DNA of 64,000 nt. It comes from an uncultured Candidatus Rokubacteria bacterium. Lineage in GTDB: Bacteria > Methylomirabilota > Methylomirabilia > Rokubacteriales > CSP1-6. Of the stretch, positions 18,939 through 29,284 are shown one piece after another; the first letter of the stretch is position 1, and each line of letters starts with the position of its first letter. Below the pieces are notes generated by a model. That model saw nothing but the letters and a program-made list of their open reading frames with translations. It searched no databases and was not told where the DNA came from. The position numbers and the translations under genes are program-made. The stretch covers positions 128,001 through 192,000 of the forward strand of contig CAVWFS010000005.1 of NCBI GenBank assembly GCA_963754315.1, in the 5' to 3' direction.

Positions 18939-20489
18939 CTATTTCGGCGCGAGCACCGAGGTGGGGCCCGGATTGATGAGGTCAGGCACCGTCCAGCCAC
19001 GGAGGTCGTACTCCGCCAGACAGCGGTCGGCAAAGGCCTTCAGCTCGTCGACCCGGCCCGCGGCCTGCGCTCCGAACAGCGCGTAGCGTCGGATCTCCTC
19101 GTGGCTGCCCGCATAGTTGATCTCGTACAGCTCGTGGCGGCCCCCGAACTCGGTGCCGATCGCGTCCCACAGGAGCTTCATCAGCTTGACCCGGTCGACG
19201 GCGTCGATGCCGTTGGATCCGCGAAGGTACTGGTCGAGGTAGGGCCGGATGTCGGGGGCGAGGAAATCGTTGGCGTGCGAGTTGAGGTAGATCAGGCCGC
19301 TGGCCACGGTCTTCTCGATGAGATTCTTGACGTGGGCGTAGCCTTCCGGGGCAAGCACCTGGTAGGCCGCGGCCGAGGCCGAGTTGGGCAACACCGCGCC
19401 CCCCTTCCAGGGCTCGGGGTTGCCGGCCATGGAATCGGAGAGCCCCCAGAAGAGATTGCGCCACACGAGCACCTCGCCGACATTCGCCTGCACCCCGCGG
19501 TAGTCCTTGGTCCCCGTGATCTCCACCGCCTTCAGCAGCAGCCCCGCGATGAAGTCGAGCTTCACGGCGAGCCGGGTGCAGCCCTGGAGCATGGCGCGGG
19601 GCAGGAAGCCGGTCTGCGGGAAGAAATTGTTCGCCTTCTCGACGTCGCGATAGACGAAGAGATTCTCCCAGGGGACCTCGACCTTATCGAGAACCAGGAT
19701 GGCGTCGTTTTCGTCGAGCCGGCTCGACAGCGGGTAGTCGAAGGGGCTGCCCAGCACGGCGGCGCGATACTCGTTGGAGGCGCGGCAGATCAGCTTGCAC
19801 CCCGGGGTGCCCGTGGGGATCATGAACACGACCGCGTAGGCGGGATCTTGCACCGGAATGAGCCCGTGATGGGCCACGAACGTATAGTTCGTGAGCGCCG
19901 ATCCGGTGGCGACCACCTTGGCTCCCGACACCACGATGCCCCGGTCCGTCTCGCGCTCGACGCGCACGCAGACGTCGGAGACACCCGCCGACGGTTTGCC
20001 CGGGACCAGGTTACGGTCCACCGGAGGGTGAATGATGGCGTGGTTGACGAACGGCACGCGCTCCTGGCTGAGGTGGTACCAGCGCAGCGCGTTTGCCTGA
20101 TAGGGGGCGTAGAACTCCGCGTTGGCGCCGAGCGTGCCCAGAAAGGCGGCCTTGTAGTCGGGCGAGCGGCCCATCCAGCCATAGGTGAGGCGCGCCCACT
20201 CCGCGATGGCATCGCGCGCCCGCACCTGCTCCGCCGCCGAGTACGGCACCCGGAACCACGCGTGCGTATCGTGGCCCGCATCCGACTTCACCGTGAGCTT
20301 CGGCTTCATCTGGGGGTCGTGCAAGGCGTCGAAGAGTCGGGCGAGCATCCGAGCGGCGTTGCGGAAGGCGGGGTGCTCGGTGATCTTTCCCACTCGCTCG
20401 CCGTAGATCCAGACCTCGCGCCCGTCGTCGAGGCTCTCGAGAAATTCCTTCCCGGTCATGGGCGTCATCGCGGAAGCACTCGCGCTCAT
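18939..20489 (-). CDS. 4-hydroxyphenylacetate 3-hydroxylase family oxygenase component (HpaB/PvcC-like)
   Basis: [58 protein letters not shown]. Confidence 0.9.
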   Translation of the reverse strand: MSASASAMTPMTGKEFLESLDDGREVWIYGERVGKITEHPAFRNAARMLARLFDALHDPQMKPKLTVKSDAGHDTHAWFRVPYSAAEQVRARDAIAEWARLTYGWMGRSPDYKAAFLGTLGANAEFYAPYQANALRWYHLSQERVPFVNHAIIHPPVDRNLVPGKPSAGVSDVCVRVERETDRGIVVSGAKVVATGSALTNYTFVAHHGLIPVQDPAYAVVFMIPTGTPGCKLICRASNEYRAAVLGSPFDYPLSSRLDENDAILVLDKVEVPWENLFVYRDVEKANNFFPQTGFLPRAMLQGCTRLAVKLDFIAGLLLKAVEITGTKDYRGVQANVGEVLVWRNLFWGLSDSMAGNPEPWKGGAVLPNSASAAAYQVLAPEGYAHVKNLIEKTVASGLIYLNSHANDFLAPDIRPYLDQYLRGSNGIDAVDRVKLMKLLWDAIGTEFGGRHELYEINYAGSHEEIRRYALFGAQAAGRVDELKAFADRCLAEYDLRGWTVPDLINPGPTSVLAPK

Positions 20490-20504
20490 GGTGTCCCCCC
20501 TGGG

Positions 20505-20510
20505 ATTATA
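20505..20510 (-). promoter_or_regulatory. Consensus -10 box TATAAT upstream of the HpaB-like gene
   Basis: ATTATA on the + strand, 15 nt before the start codon at 20489, in GC-rich background. Confidence 0.45.
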
Positions 20511-20646
20511 GTGCGCATGCGAGATCGGGTGCGCTCGCGCACGGCGGCACTGTCTCCTGGCGCGGGTCGGCTAGGCGGAACGTCGTCGCCGCGTCTTTAC
20601 CTTCTTGCATCTGAGACGCCGGACCAGTGTTATCTTGGAACAGATC

Positions 20647-20974
20647 ATGAGGAGAAAGAGACTGCGGGTCGTCATATTCCAGGAGGGCGACTGGCTTTGT
20701 GCCCGGTGTCTTGACTACGATATTGCCACGCAGGCCAAAAGCCTCGACCATCTCCGCTATGATCTCGAGCGGCTCATGGTGGGACACATTGCCATCAGTC
20801 TGAAGCATGGCGTGCAAGCCCTTTCAGCACCTCCAGCCCGCTCCGAAGAAATACTGGGACATGTTCCAGCGCTCGAGGATGGCCCTGCCACCGCAGACCT
20901 TCGGGTTGCGACTTGCCAAGCGAGGTTTGAAGCTTCCGTCCCCCGAGATACGGGTCGCCCCGCTCGCCGCGTAA
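20647..20974 (+). CDS. HicB-like antitoxin candidate (frameshift near 20818)
   Basis: LRVVIFQEGDWLCARCLDYDIATQAKSLD.L resembles the HicB N-terminal fold. It continues in another frame as PFQHLQPAPKKYWDMF to TAA at 20974. Confidence 0.55.
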
Positions 20975-21241
20975 GTGTCTCCACGATTCTCCCAGATGCC
21001 GACGCTGGGAGAGTTTGTCGAACATGCTCGTCGTCGGTACGGCTGTAGCCCGCGCCAGGTCACACTCGACTATCCCGGCCGCGGGAAGCCTCGAATCCGA
21101 TATCTCTGGCGTGACGAACGGCGATTCGCCGTGTTGCCCGACGTCCGGCTCAGCGATCGGCTGACCCGCGCCAACGTGGCGAGCTTGTGCCGGCAGCTCG
21201 ACATCCCGACCGAGGACTTCGGCCTCGAGGAATCCGATTAA
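20975..21241 (+). CDS. Small basic protein, HicA-like toxin candidate
   Basis: 88 aa. Starts directly after the HicB-like stop. C-terminal LTRANVASLCRQLDI resembles the last HicA helix. The canonical GSH motif is absent. Confidence 0.4.
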   Translation: MSPRFSQMPTLGEFVEHARRRYGCSPRQVTLDYPGRGKPRIRYLWRDERRFAVLPDVRLSDRLTRANVASLCRQLDIPTEDFGLEESD

Positions 21242-21292
21242 CGAGACCCAGCTATCCACAAACGAGCCAAAGGTGTTTCGGTGAAGGGATCG

Positions 21293-22048
21293 ATGGTGGA
21301 TGGTGACGGCGCGCTTCTCGGTCCGGCGGCGCTGATCCTCGCCGCCCTCGTCATTGTCGTCGGCTACATCGTCTTTGGCGTCACGGGATTCGGGGCCTCG
21401 CCGATCACGATTCCCCTGCTCGTTCACATCTTCCCCCTCACGTTCGTGCTCCCCCTGGCGGCCATCCTCGATCTCGGCTCGGCCTTGGCGCTCGGTTTCC
21501 ATACGCGCAGGAGGGCGGCGGTCGGAGAGCTTTTGACGCTCGTCCCCTTCACCCTCGTTGGCCTCACCCTCGGCGTGACCTTGCTCGTCCGTCTTCCCCG
21601 GACGGCGACCTTGGTGGCCCTCGGCGTGTTCGTCTGCGCGTATGCGCTCTACGTGATTTTCCGGCGCGACACCGCGCGGCGGGTGAGCCGCAGATGGGCG
21701 GTGGTCGCTGGGGTCATGGGCGGAGTGCTGGGCGCCCTCTTCGGGATCGGCGGTCCCCCGTATGTCATGTACATCGCCGGGCGTATCCCTGAGCCGGCGG
21801 CGCAGCGGGCGACCATCTCCCAGATGGTGATCCTCAATGTCGGTCTGCGAGTGATCGCCTTCGCCCTTGGCGGGCTGCTCGGCTCTCGCCCGCTCTGGAC
21901 CGCGGTGGCGATGCTGCTCCCGGTGGCGTGGGTCGGGGTGTGGATAGGCCATCGCGTCCACCTACAGTTGGCACCGGCCATGGGCGTGCGCATCATCGGC
22001 GCCGTACTTTTCCTCGTGGGCGTCACCCTCATCGCCCGGGTGCTATGA
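21293..22048 (+). CDS. Sulfite exporter TauE/SafE family membrane protein
   Basis: G.TGFG...I.IPLL and GGVLGALFGIGGPP; about 8 TM segments. Confidence 0.85.
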   Translation: MVDGDGALLGPAALILAALVIVVGYIVFGVTGFGASPITIPLLVHIFPLTFVLPLAAILDLGSALALGFHTRRRAAVGELLTLVPFTLVGLTLGVTLLVRLPRTATLVALGVFVCAYALYVIFRRDTARRVSRRWAVVAGVMGGVLGALFGIGGPPYVMYIAGRIPEPAAQRATISQMVILNVGLRVIAFALGGLLGSRPLWTAVAMLLPVAWVGVWIGHRVHLQLAPAMGVRIIGAVLFLVGVTLIARVL

Positions 22049-22124
22049 GGCGAGGTTGGCGCCGATTTGCCCGGCCGGCTGGGTGCTATGATGCGTCAAC
22101 ATCCGTCATCGAACTGGAGGAGTC

Positions 22125-22985
22125 ATGCCAACCACTCGCCTGCCGTCCGTCAGCGGCCCCATCGATCTCTTCTACGAGGAAGCCGGCCAGGGCTTCCCGC
22201 TCATCTGGTGCCACGAATATGGGGGCGACCATCGGTCCTGGGAGCAGCAGGTCCGGTACTTCTCCAGGCGCTACCGGGTCGTGACGTGGAACTATCGCGG
22301 CTACCCGCCGTCGGAGGTCCCGAAGGACGGCAACGCCTACTCGGTGGAGATCCTGGTGGAGGACCTGCGCGCGCTCATGGAGCACCTCGGCATCCGCCGG
22401 GCGCACATCGGCGGCCTCTCGCTGGGCGGCGGGGTGACGGTCAACTTCGGAATCCGCCACCCCGATCTGGCGGCCAGCCTCATCATCTGCGGCGCCGGCA
22501 GCGGCAGCGACAATCCGGAGGAATTCGTCAAGAACGCCGCGCTCCAGGCGGATCTCTACGAGCGAGAAGGCGCCGAGGCCAAGGCGCGGAACTTTGCCGC
22601 CAACCCCGCGCGCCGCGGCTTCGCCGAGAAGGACCCGCGCGGCCACGCCGAGTTCATGCGCAACGTGCTGGATCACTCCGGCGTGGGCTCGGCCCTCATG
22701 GCGCGCGGCGTGCAGATGAAGCGCAAGACCATCTATCAGCTCGAGCCCGAGCTGAAGAAGATCGCCGCGCCCTCGCTGATCGTCGTCGGCGATCAAGACG
22801 AGCCCTGCCTCGGACCAGGGCTCTTCATGAAGAAGCACATCCCGCACGCCGGGCTGGTGGTGGTGCCGATGACTGGCCACACGGTGAACATCGAGGAGCC
22901 GGGGCTGTTCAACCAGCTCGTATCCGAGTTCCTGACCTCGGTGGAGAGCGGCCGCTACGGAACGTGGAAGGGCGCCGCCCGCTGA
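22125..22985 (+). CDS. Alpha/beta fold hydrolase
   Basis: CHEYGGD, NYRGYPPS, GLSLGG nucleophile, VGDQD, GHTVNIEEP. Confidence 0.88.
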   Translation: MPTTRLPSVSGPIDLFYEEAGQGFPLIWCHEYGGDHRSWEQQVRYFSRRYRVVTWNYRGYPPSEVPKDGNAYSVEILVEDLRALMEHLGIRRAHIGGLSLGGGVTVNFGIRHPDLAASLIICGAGSGSDNPEEFVKNAALQADLYEREGAEAKARNFAANPARRGFAEKDPRGHAEFMRNVLDHSGVGSALMARGVQMKRKTIYQLEPELKKIAAPSLIVVGDQDEPCLGPGLFMKKHIPHAGLVVVPMTGHTVNIEEPGLFNQLVSEFLTSVESGRYGTWKGAAR

Positions 22986-22995
22986 GCCGGACGCC

Positions 22996-23220
22996 CTAGG
23001 GGAACAGGCGGGCTCCTGTCTGGGCATCCTCGACGACGATCGCGCTGACCGGACAGTTCTCCGCCGCCTCCAGGATTTTCTCCTCCGTGTCGCCCGCGGG
23101 GTTGACGGCTTCCGACTGCCGGTTGGCGTTGAGGCGAAACACCGCCGGGACGAGCGCCTCGCACATGGCGTTGCCCACACACCGCTGATGATCCACCCGG
23201 ACGCGCAACGGGCGAGCCAT
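22996..23220 (-). CDS. Ferredoxin (P450-associated, 3Fe-4S type)
   Basis: VD..RCVGNAMC....P.VF...EAAENCPVSAI. Lies directly downstream of the P450. Confidence 0.88.
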   Translation of the reverse strand: MARPLRVRVDHQRCVGNAMCEALVPAVFRLNANRQSEAVNPAGDTEEKILEAAENCPVSAIVVEDAQTGARLFP

Positions 23221-23225
23221 GTCCC

Positions 23226-24448
23226 CTAGCTCCAGGCCACCGGCAAGGACTTGAGCGAGCGGAAGGTGATGCTGGGCTGATACTCGAGCGCCGTGGGTCT
23301 GGACGTGCAAAGAGGGGAACCGCTCCGCCAACGCCTTGAACACTTCCTGGCCCTCCACGCGGGCCAAGGTTGCCCCCAAGCAGTGGTGGACACCCGACCC
23401 GAAGGCGACGTGCGGGTTCGGGTCGCGCGTGATGTCGAACCGCTCCGGATCGGCAAAGGCATTCGGGTCGCGATTGGCGGACGAGATGAACCAGCGAATG
23501 CGATCGTCCTTGCGCAACACCTTGCCCCGCATGTCGACGTCCTGGGCGGCGATGCGCTGGATCGATTTGACCGGCGCGTCGTAGCGCAAGCACTCCTCGG
23601 TGGCCCGCTGGGCCAGGCCCTCCGGGTCCCCCTTGAACAAGGCCCATTGCTCGGGATGGCGCATGAAGGCCAGGGTGCCGTTGCACAGCAGGTTGATGGT
23701 GGTCTCGTGGCCGGCCAGCAGCAGCAATGACGTGTTCACCAGCACCTGGTGTCGGGTGAAGACGCCCTTCTTCTCCCGGTGGCCAGCACCGAGATGAAAT
23801 CGTCACCGGGGTTGACCAGCCGCTCGTCGACAAGCGGGGAGACGTAGTCGATCATCCCCTGCATCCCTTCGGTGAGCGGCTTCATCCGGTCGTGCTCACC
23901 CCGCCCGATGTAGAGGAGCTTCTCCGCCAGCTTTCTCACATGGGGCCGATCGGCGGCGGGCACGCCCATCATCTGCGCGATGACCAGCACGGGCAAGGGC
24001 GTGGCCAGATCCCTCATGACGTCCATGTGCCCGTTGGCCTCTGCCGCATCGAGGAGCTCCGCCACCGCCTTCTGGACGAAGGGGCGCCAGGCTTCCATGG
24101 CGCGCGGGGTGAAATAGGTATGGACGATCTTGCGCATCTCGAGGTGCTCTGGGCGGTCGTGCTGGATGAACTGGTCGGCCTGGTAGTTCCGACGTATTCG
24201 TAGAGGCCGAGATCCGACTCCTCGATGGCTGGATACGCAGGGCGGGGATCATTGCGAAACACGGCGTTTGAAAACAGCTCGTGGTGGCGGGTCATCCAGA
24301 CCACGTCGTCGTGTCGGGTAATGACCCAGAGGTCGTACAGTTCGTTCCAGTGGACGGGGTCCTCCTCCCGGAGGCGCCCATAGTACGGATACGGATCGGC
24401 AATCACATCGGCGGTGAACATGTCGTCGGGGAGAGTCACCATCGCCAC
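23226..24448 (-). CDS. Cytochrome P450 (three apparent frameshifts near 24190, 23780 and 23295)
   Basis: DPYPYYGRLREEDPVHW, LPVLVIA.MMGVP, AGHETT, EECLR and FGSGVHHCLG, spread across four ORF pieces. Confidence 0.88.
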
Positions 24449-24557
24449 ATTCCCTCCTCCCGCATATGCGGGAGCCTCATCCGAGCCCGTCGATCTCTAT
24501 CTCCGCGTGTCTCTCTAGGTCTTGATTCAGGCAGCAGGCGGCCCCTATCTTACCCCG

Positions 24558-24812
24558 TCAGCGCGTCTTGCGGGTGGGCCTGGGTCTGGCTGCCGCGATA
24601 TCGGGCCCGACGGGCCAGCGCCGCTCGACGGTCACCAGGCTCCCATCCTCGTTGGGTCCACCGTCCCGCTCGGGCCCACCCGTACTGCAGTTCGGCGATG
24701 ACGGCGGTGCGAGGTAGACAGGTTCCTCGCCGGTGACCGCCGCCACGTCGGCGGGGGCCAGGCGGCCCCGCTCGACGTCCACCCAGATGGACGTGTCCAG
24801 GATCACGCCCAT
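24558..24812 (-). pseudogene. Truncated or degenerate PIN-domain (VapC) toxin
   Basis: MGVILDTSIWVDVERG start, then (shifted) IAELQYG. The C-terminal PIN acidic motifs are missing. Confidence 0.6.
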
Positions 24813-25015
24813 GGATCGCGAATCTGCTTGCGCAATCGTCGGTCCGCCCGCTTGGCGTCCTCGAGCCACGCCGCTCCTTCCGCGTCCGCGAGGGTCCGGT
24901 AGAGATCTGCGAGCGCCTCGAGGGCGGTCATGCGGGGGGCGCCGGGGACCAGCTTGGCGACGGGTTGGTTGTTCCGAAGTACGACGATCTCTTCCGATCC
25001 GTCCACCACGAAGCA
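24803..25015 (-). pseudogene. Phd/YefM-like antitoxin lacking its N-terminus
   Basis: EEIVVLRNNQPVAKLVP motif, overlaps the vapC start. No recognisable Phd N-terminal strand or helix. Confidence 0.55.
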
Positions 25016-25113
25016 GCCGGGGGGGGCGTCGGGCGGCCTCCCGAGAAGGGATCCTTCGCCCCCACTGAGGATGACGGACCTGCTATGTTCACGGGAGACG
25101 GTGGGAGCAAAGA

Positions 25114-26103
25114 ATGGATCGCCGAAGCTTCGGGGCACTCATGGTGGCAACACTGGCGGGCACGACGGCCATACGGCCGGCGTGGGCGAAGAACCCAGCG
25201 CGTGATCTGGAGGCGCGGCTTCAGCAGTTCAAGGCGTTTCCGGGAACAACGAGCTTCCGCATCGATGTCGGCCGTCAGGAGCTGGCATCCGACTCGGCGG
25301 CCGCTCAGCTCTTCGTCGCCAGCGCCATCAAGACGTTCATCCTGTGTCAGTATCTCCGCGACGTCGAGGCCGGCCGTCTTTCCGAGGATGAACAGCTCCC
25401 CGTGGATGACAGCGTTCGTACGAGCGGGAGTCCTGTCCTTCTGACCCTGACGGGCACAACCCCGGCCCGCTCGATCCTGGAGCCGATGATCACCCACAGC
25501 GACAACACGGCCACCGACATCGCGCTGCTCCGTGTTGGTCCAGATCGGGTGCGGTCCTTCATCGCCGCGGCGAGACTGCGCGCAACACTCATTCCTGATT
25601 CAACACGCCGTTTCTTTTCGTATAACGTCGGCGCGCCACTTGGCGTGGATATCGGCTGGGCCGGCGTGCAGCAGGTGCTGGCGTCAGGCCATACTCTCGG
25701 TCCACCACGACCACCGCTCAATGATCAGGTGACCTTGGCCAGCAGCGCCAACGATCTCGTGTCGCATTACAAGCGCGCGCTTGCCGGCAGGTTTTTCACC
25801 AGGCGGGCAACGCTGACGGAATTCAAGCGCATCCAGCTGACCAACCTGTTCTTCCCCGATGATACGGTGGGGTACGCCAAGGGCGGCAGCGGTGATTGGG
25901 TCGCTGATTCCCCTACCGTGGCTGATTTCCACGCCATCTCGTATGCCGGGCAAATGGTTGTCCAGACGACGCCGGTCACATTCTGCTTTGTCGTGAACTG
26001 GATGAGCGCGGACCCGAACAGCACCAGCGAGGCCCTCGCGCCTGCTTTTGCTGAGGTGATCACCGGGTGTCTGGTGGCCATCAAGGAGCAGTTGCGCGCC
26101 TGA
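25114..26103 (+). CDS. Tat-exported serine hydrolase, class A beta-lactamase-like fold
   Basis: DRRSF twin-Arg leader, SAIK (SxxK), SDN and KGG (KTG-like) motifs. Confidence 0.8.
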   Translation: MDRRSFGALMVATLAGTTAIRPAWAKNPARDLEARLQQFKAFPGTTSFRIDVGRQELASDSAAAQLFVASAIKTFILCQYLRDVEAGRLSEDEQLPVDDSVRTSGSPVLLTLTGTTPARSILEPMITHSDNTATDIALLRVGPDRVRSFIAAARLRATLIPDSTRRFFSYNVGAPLGVDIGWAGVQQVLASGHTLGPPRPPLNDQVTLASSANDLVSHYKRALAGRFFTRRATLTEFKRIQLTNLFFPDDTVGYAKGGSGDWVADSPTVADFHAISYAGQMVVQTTPVTFCFVVNWMSADPNSTSEALAPAFAEVITGCLVAIKEQLRA

Positions 26104-26259
26104 TCCCGGCGACCCGAAGGCGCCTTCCGCCCAAATCCTGCCGGCGTCCTTGACCCTCGGCGCGGCACCGCCCCGCCATTGCCCGTCCCCGCCCGGGGGA
26201 GCACAACACCCCGACATCAACGAGCAACCCTGCACTCCCTCCCCCCCACAGCCCGCACC

Positions 26260-26772
26260 TTCACCGATCGCCATTGGAACAACACGGGTCCCTGGCCGGG
26301 CGTGTCGAATCGATCGAGCTACACGGACACCGGCTACCAGGCCGGCTGGGAGGCAACCGGTGCACAGCCGGGCACGGGGATCCTCGTCTGCTATTCGGCC
26401 GGCAGCGTCACTGACGCCCTCACCAGCACCAAGGCGTTCGGCACCGCCGCCAACGCCGGGGTCCGCGCCGACGCCGAGAAGGCGCTGACGCAGCTCAAGC
26501 CGGTGTTCCCGGGCATCTCGTCCAAGTGGAACGGCAAGGCAATCCTCTCCCTCGCGCACAAGAGCGATCTCGCGAAGGCGTCGTACTCCTTCTACCGCGT
26601 GGGGCAGTACACGACGTTCGCGGGGTACGAGAAGAAGCGGCAGGGGGGCGTCCTGTTCTGCGGCGAGCACACGTCGACGGATTTCCAGGGGTTCATGGAA
26701 GGGGCCGCATCCGAGGGCAAGCGCGCCGCCAAGCAGCTCGCCTTGCTCCTCGGCAAGTCGTTTGCGCCGTAA
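26260..26772 (+). pseudogene. C-terminal fragment of a flavin monoamine/amino-acid oxidase
   Basis: ASYSFYRVGQYT and LFCGEHTSTDFQGFMEGAASEG. The N-terminal FAD-binding GxGxxG is absent and the fragment is preceded by C-rich degraded sequence. Confidence 0.7.
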
Positions 26773-26806
26773 GCCGCATCGGCTCATAATCGCGGGCACA
26801 CGGAGG

Positions 26807-27655
26807 ATGGCCATGACACAGGCACTGCAACTGCGCGCCCTTGGCGCGACATTGGGGACCGAGGCCCTCGGGATCGATCTGTCGAAGCCACTCGAGGAAG
26901 AGACCTTCGCCGGCATCCAAGCTGCCTTTGCCGAGCATCCGGTGCTGGTGTTCCGCGACCAGGACCTGGGCGCACTCGAACTGGCGGCCTTTGGCCGCCG
27001 TTTCGGTACACCGCGTCGCCACGCGCTGATCAAATATCGCCACGCCGACTGTCCGGAAGTGTCCTGGCTGACCAACGTGGAGGAGACGGGCCAGATCGAC
27101 TGGTACGGCGTCAAGCGCGCCACCGCCTGGCATACCGACTCGACGTTCGAGGACAATCTGCCACTGCTGGCCATGCTGCACGCGAAGGAGGTGCCCTCGG
27201 AGAAGGGCGGCACCATGTTCGCCGACATGCGCGCGGCCTGGGAGGCGTTGCCGGAGGCCAGAAAGCAGCTGCTGTCCGGCCTCACCGGCCTGCACAGCCG
27301 CAGCACGGGTCCCGCCGGCGAGCGTCTGTATGGCGACGACAAAGGCGAGACCGAGAAGAAGTATCAAGAAGTCCAGTGGCCGGCGGTCACGCGGCATCCG
27401 GTCACCGGACGATCGATCCTCTTCGTCAATCCCATGCACACGCACGGCTTCGTTGGCATGGCGCGCGACGAGGCCTGGTCGCTGATCGACGAACTGGCCG
27501 AGCACGCCACCCAGGAGCGCTTCGTCTACTACCATCGCTGGCGCGTCGGCGACCTGCTGATGTGGGACGAGCGCGCCACGATGCACCGCGGCGCCGGCGA
27601 CTACCGGCCAGACGAGCGCCGCATCATGCTGCGCACGATCGTGTATCCGAACTGA
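26807..27655 (+). CDS. TauD/TfdA family Fe(II)/2OG dioxygenase
   Basis: WHTDSTF, GGTMFADMRAAW, HPVTGR, HRW..GDLLMWD.R.TMH, R.M.R. Confidence 0.92.
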   Translation: MAMTQALQLRALGATLGTEALGIDLSKPLEEETFAGIQAAFAEHPVLVFRDQDLGALELAAFGRRFGTPRRHALIKYRHADCPEVSWLTNVEETGQIDWYGVKRATAWHTDSTFEDNLPLLAMLHAKEVPSEKGGTMFADMRAAWEALPEARKQLLSGLTGLHSRSTGPAGERLYGDDKGETEKKYQEVQWPAVTRHPVTGRSILFVNPMHTHGFVGMARDEAWSLIDELAEHATQERFVYYHRWRVGDLLMWDERATMHRGAGDYRPDERRIMLRTIVYPN

Positions 27656-27744
27656 CCCCCGGTTCAGGCGCCGGGCACATCCTCCGCCAGGCCGATCGGG
27701 CTGTTCATCCGTCAGGAGCGCCGACTCGGCCTACCGACGGTGCG

Positions 27745-29163
27745 TCAGCCCGACCTCGTCGCCGATGCCGCGGACGGTTCTCCGAGCGGCGCGGCCAGCC
27801 TCGCCTGCCCTTTCATCAGCCAGCGAATGAGCGGGGTGGCCATGAACGTGCTGAGCAGAGCCATGATCACGAGCATGGAGAAGATATCCGTCGGCAGCAA
27901 TCCGAGGTCTTTGCCGATATTCAGGACGATCAGCTCCATCAGGCCGCGCGTGTTCATGCAGACGCCAATGGTGAGCGCGCTTCGCTGACCCTCGCCGACG
28001 AGACGAGCGGCCAGGTAGGCACCGCCGAGCTTGCTGACGAATGCGACGGCCAGCACCAGGAGCAATGTCCCGGCGCCAGACCATCCCTGGATGGTGCCGA
28101 CGTCGGTACGAAGACCCGTGTAGGCAAAGAAGATCGGGAGAAAGAACGCTCCCACGATCGGCGATACGCGCCGCTTCCACTCCTCGACGAAGCGTCGGTC
28201 ATCGTGGAGGGCCACCCCGATGACGAAGCCCCCGATGATGGCGAAAATGCCCAGATTGCTCGTGATGGCGGCCGAGACAAAGAGGAGGGTCACGATGTAG
28301 GGTACGGCGGTCAGCCGCAATCCGCCGTGTATTGCGAGGTGGCGCGCGATCGCCCGCTGGAGGGGCCTCCTGACGACGCGAAAGATGAGGACCATATACG
28401 CGACCAGCCCGACCACGCGCGGGAGCACCCAACCCCAGCTGAACGCCCCCTTCACCAGCAACGAGATCGCGCCGAGAATCATCCAGCCGGACACGTCGTC
28501 GAGGGCGGCAGCGCCGATGGTGAGCGCCGCCGTCCGCGTGTGAGATAGGCCGAGCTCCATCAAGATACGGCCCAGGACCGGGATGGCGGTGATCGACATG
28601 GCCACCGCGAAGAACAGCTGGAAGCCGAACAACGACACGGGCTCGGACAGCCGCCCGTGAAACCACGGCGCCGAGAAATAGCCCATCGCGAACGGGACCG
28701 CGATGCCGACCAGGCTGATCACGGCGATGGACCGACGGTCACCGGCCAGGTGGCGGTTGAACTCGAACTCGAGGCCGATCTGAAACATCAAGAAGATCAG
28801 GCCAATCTGGGCGAGCCCGGCGAAGATTGTGCTCGTCGAGGGATCGAAGAGCCAGTGCATGAATCCTGGGAAAACGGCCCCCAGCAAGCTGGGGCCGAGG
28901 AGAAGACCAGCCAGGATCTCGCCGGATACGTCGGTCTGTCTCATGCGCCGCACGATCCAGGTCACGATCCGCGTGGCGACGAGAATCACGATGAGCTGGT
29001 AGAGGAGGTGGAGCGTAATCTCCTCGGCGCCGGCCCCGACGGCCGACTCCGGACCAGCCGACGCGTGAGCTCGGGTGACGGCGAGCATCGAGACACTAAA
29101 TCCCGTCAGGACGGATCGCCCGAGCATGCGCTCCAGCCTACCTGCGGGTGCTGTCGTTGGCAT
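27745..29163 (-). CDS. Cation:proton antiporter (CPA2, Kef-type)
   Basis: GEILAGLLLGPS, SITAIPVLGRIL, AAALDDV, FFAYTGL, MNTRGLMELIVLNIG. Confidence 0.9.
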   Translation of the reverse strand: MPTTAPAGRLERMLGRSVLTGFSVSMLAVTRAHASAGPESAVGAGAEEITLHLLYQLIVILVATRIVTWIVRRMRQTDVSGEILAGLLLGPSLLGAVFPGFMHWLFDPSTSTIFAGLAQIGLIFLMFQIGLEFEFNRHLAGDRRSIAVISLVGIAVPFAMGYFSAPWFHGRLSEPVSLFGFQLFFAVAMSITAIPVLGRILMELGLSHTRTAALTIGAAALDDVSGWMILGAISLLVKGAFSWGWVLPRVVGLVAYMVLIFRVVRRPLQRAIARHLAIHGGLRLTAVPYIVTLLFVSAAITSNLGIFAIIGGFVIGVALHDDRRFVEEWKRRVSPIVGAFFLPIFFAYTGLRTDVGTIQGWSGAGTLLLVLAVAFVSKLGGAYLAARLVGEGQRSALTIGVCMNTRGLMELIVLNIGKDLGLLPTDIFSMLVIMALLSTFMATPLIRWLMKGQARLAAPLGEPSAASATRSG

Positions 29164-29284
29164 AGAGGCTGTTTGCGCGACCCATCCCCTTGGACGTCAG
29201 CCCTCACCCTATCGGGCAGGCTCGCCGTCGAGAACTTGACTCCGTCCCGCCCAGCAAGCATTCTCCCAGAGCAGGAGGGATCCC

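Noticed and set aside
22038..22091. 11-bp direct repeat GGGTGCTATGA as an insertion scar
   Set aside because: Only 32 bp lie between the copies and the second doubles as an extended -10 box, so it may be chance.
22996..23745. P450-ferredoxin fusion suggested by the ORF track
   Set aside because: The fusion is caused by a frameshift near 23295. The P450 has its own C-terminus (FRSLKSLPVAWS*, 23226) and the ferredoxin has its own ATG at 23220.
25114..26103. Antibiotic-resistance beta-lactamase
   Set aside because: It lacks the class A omega-loop Glu motif, so function cannot be assigned from fold alone.
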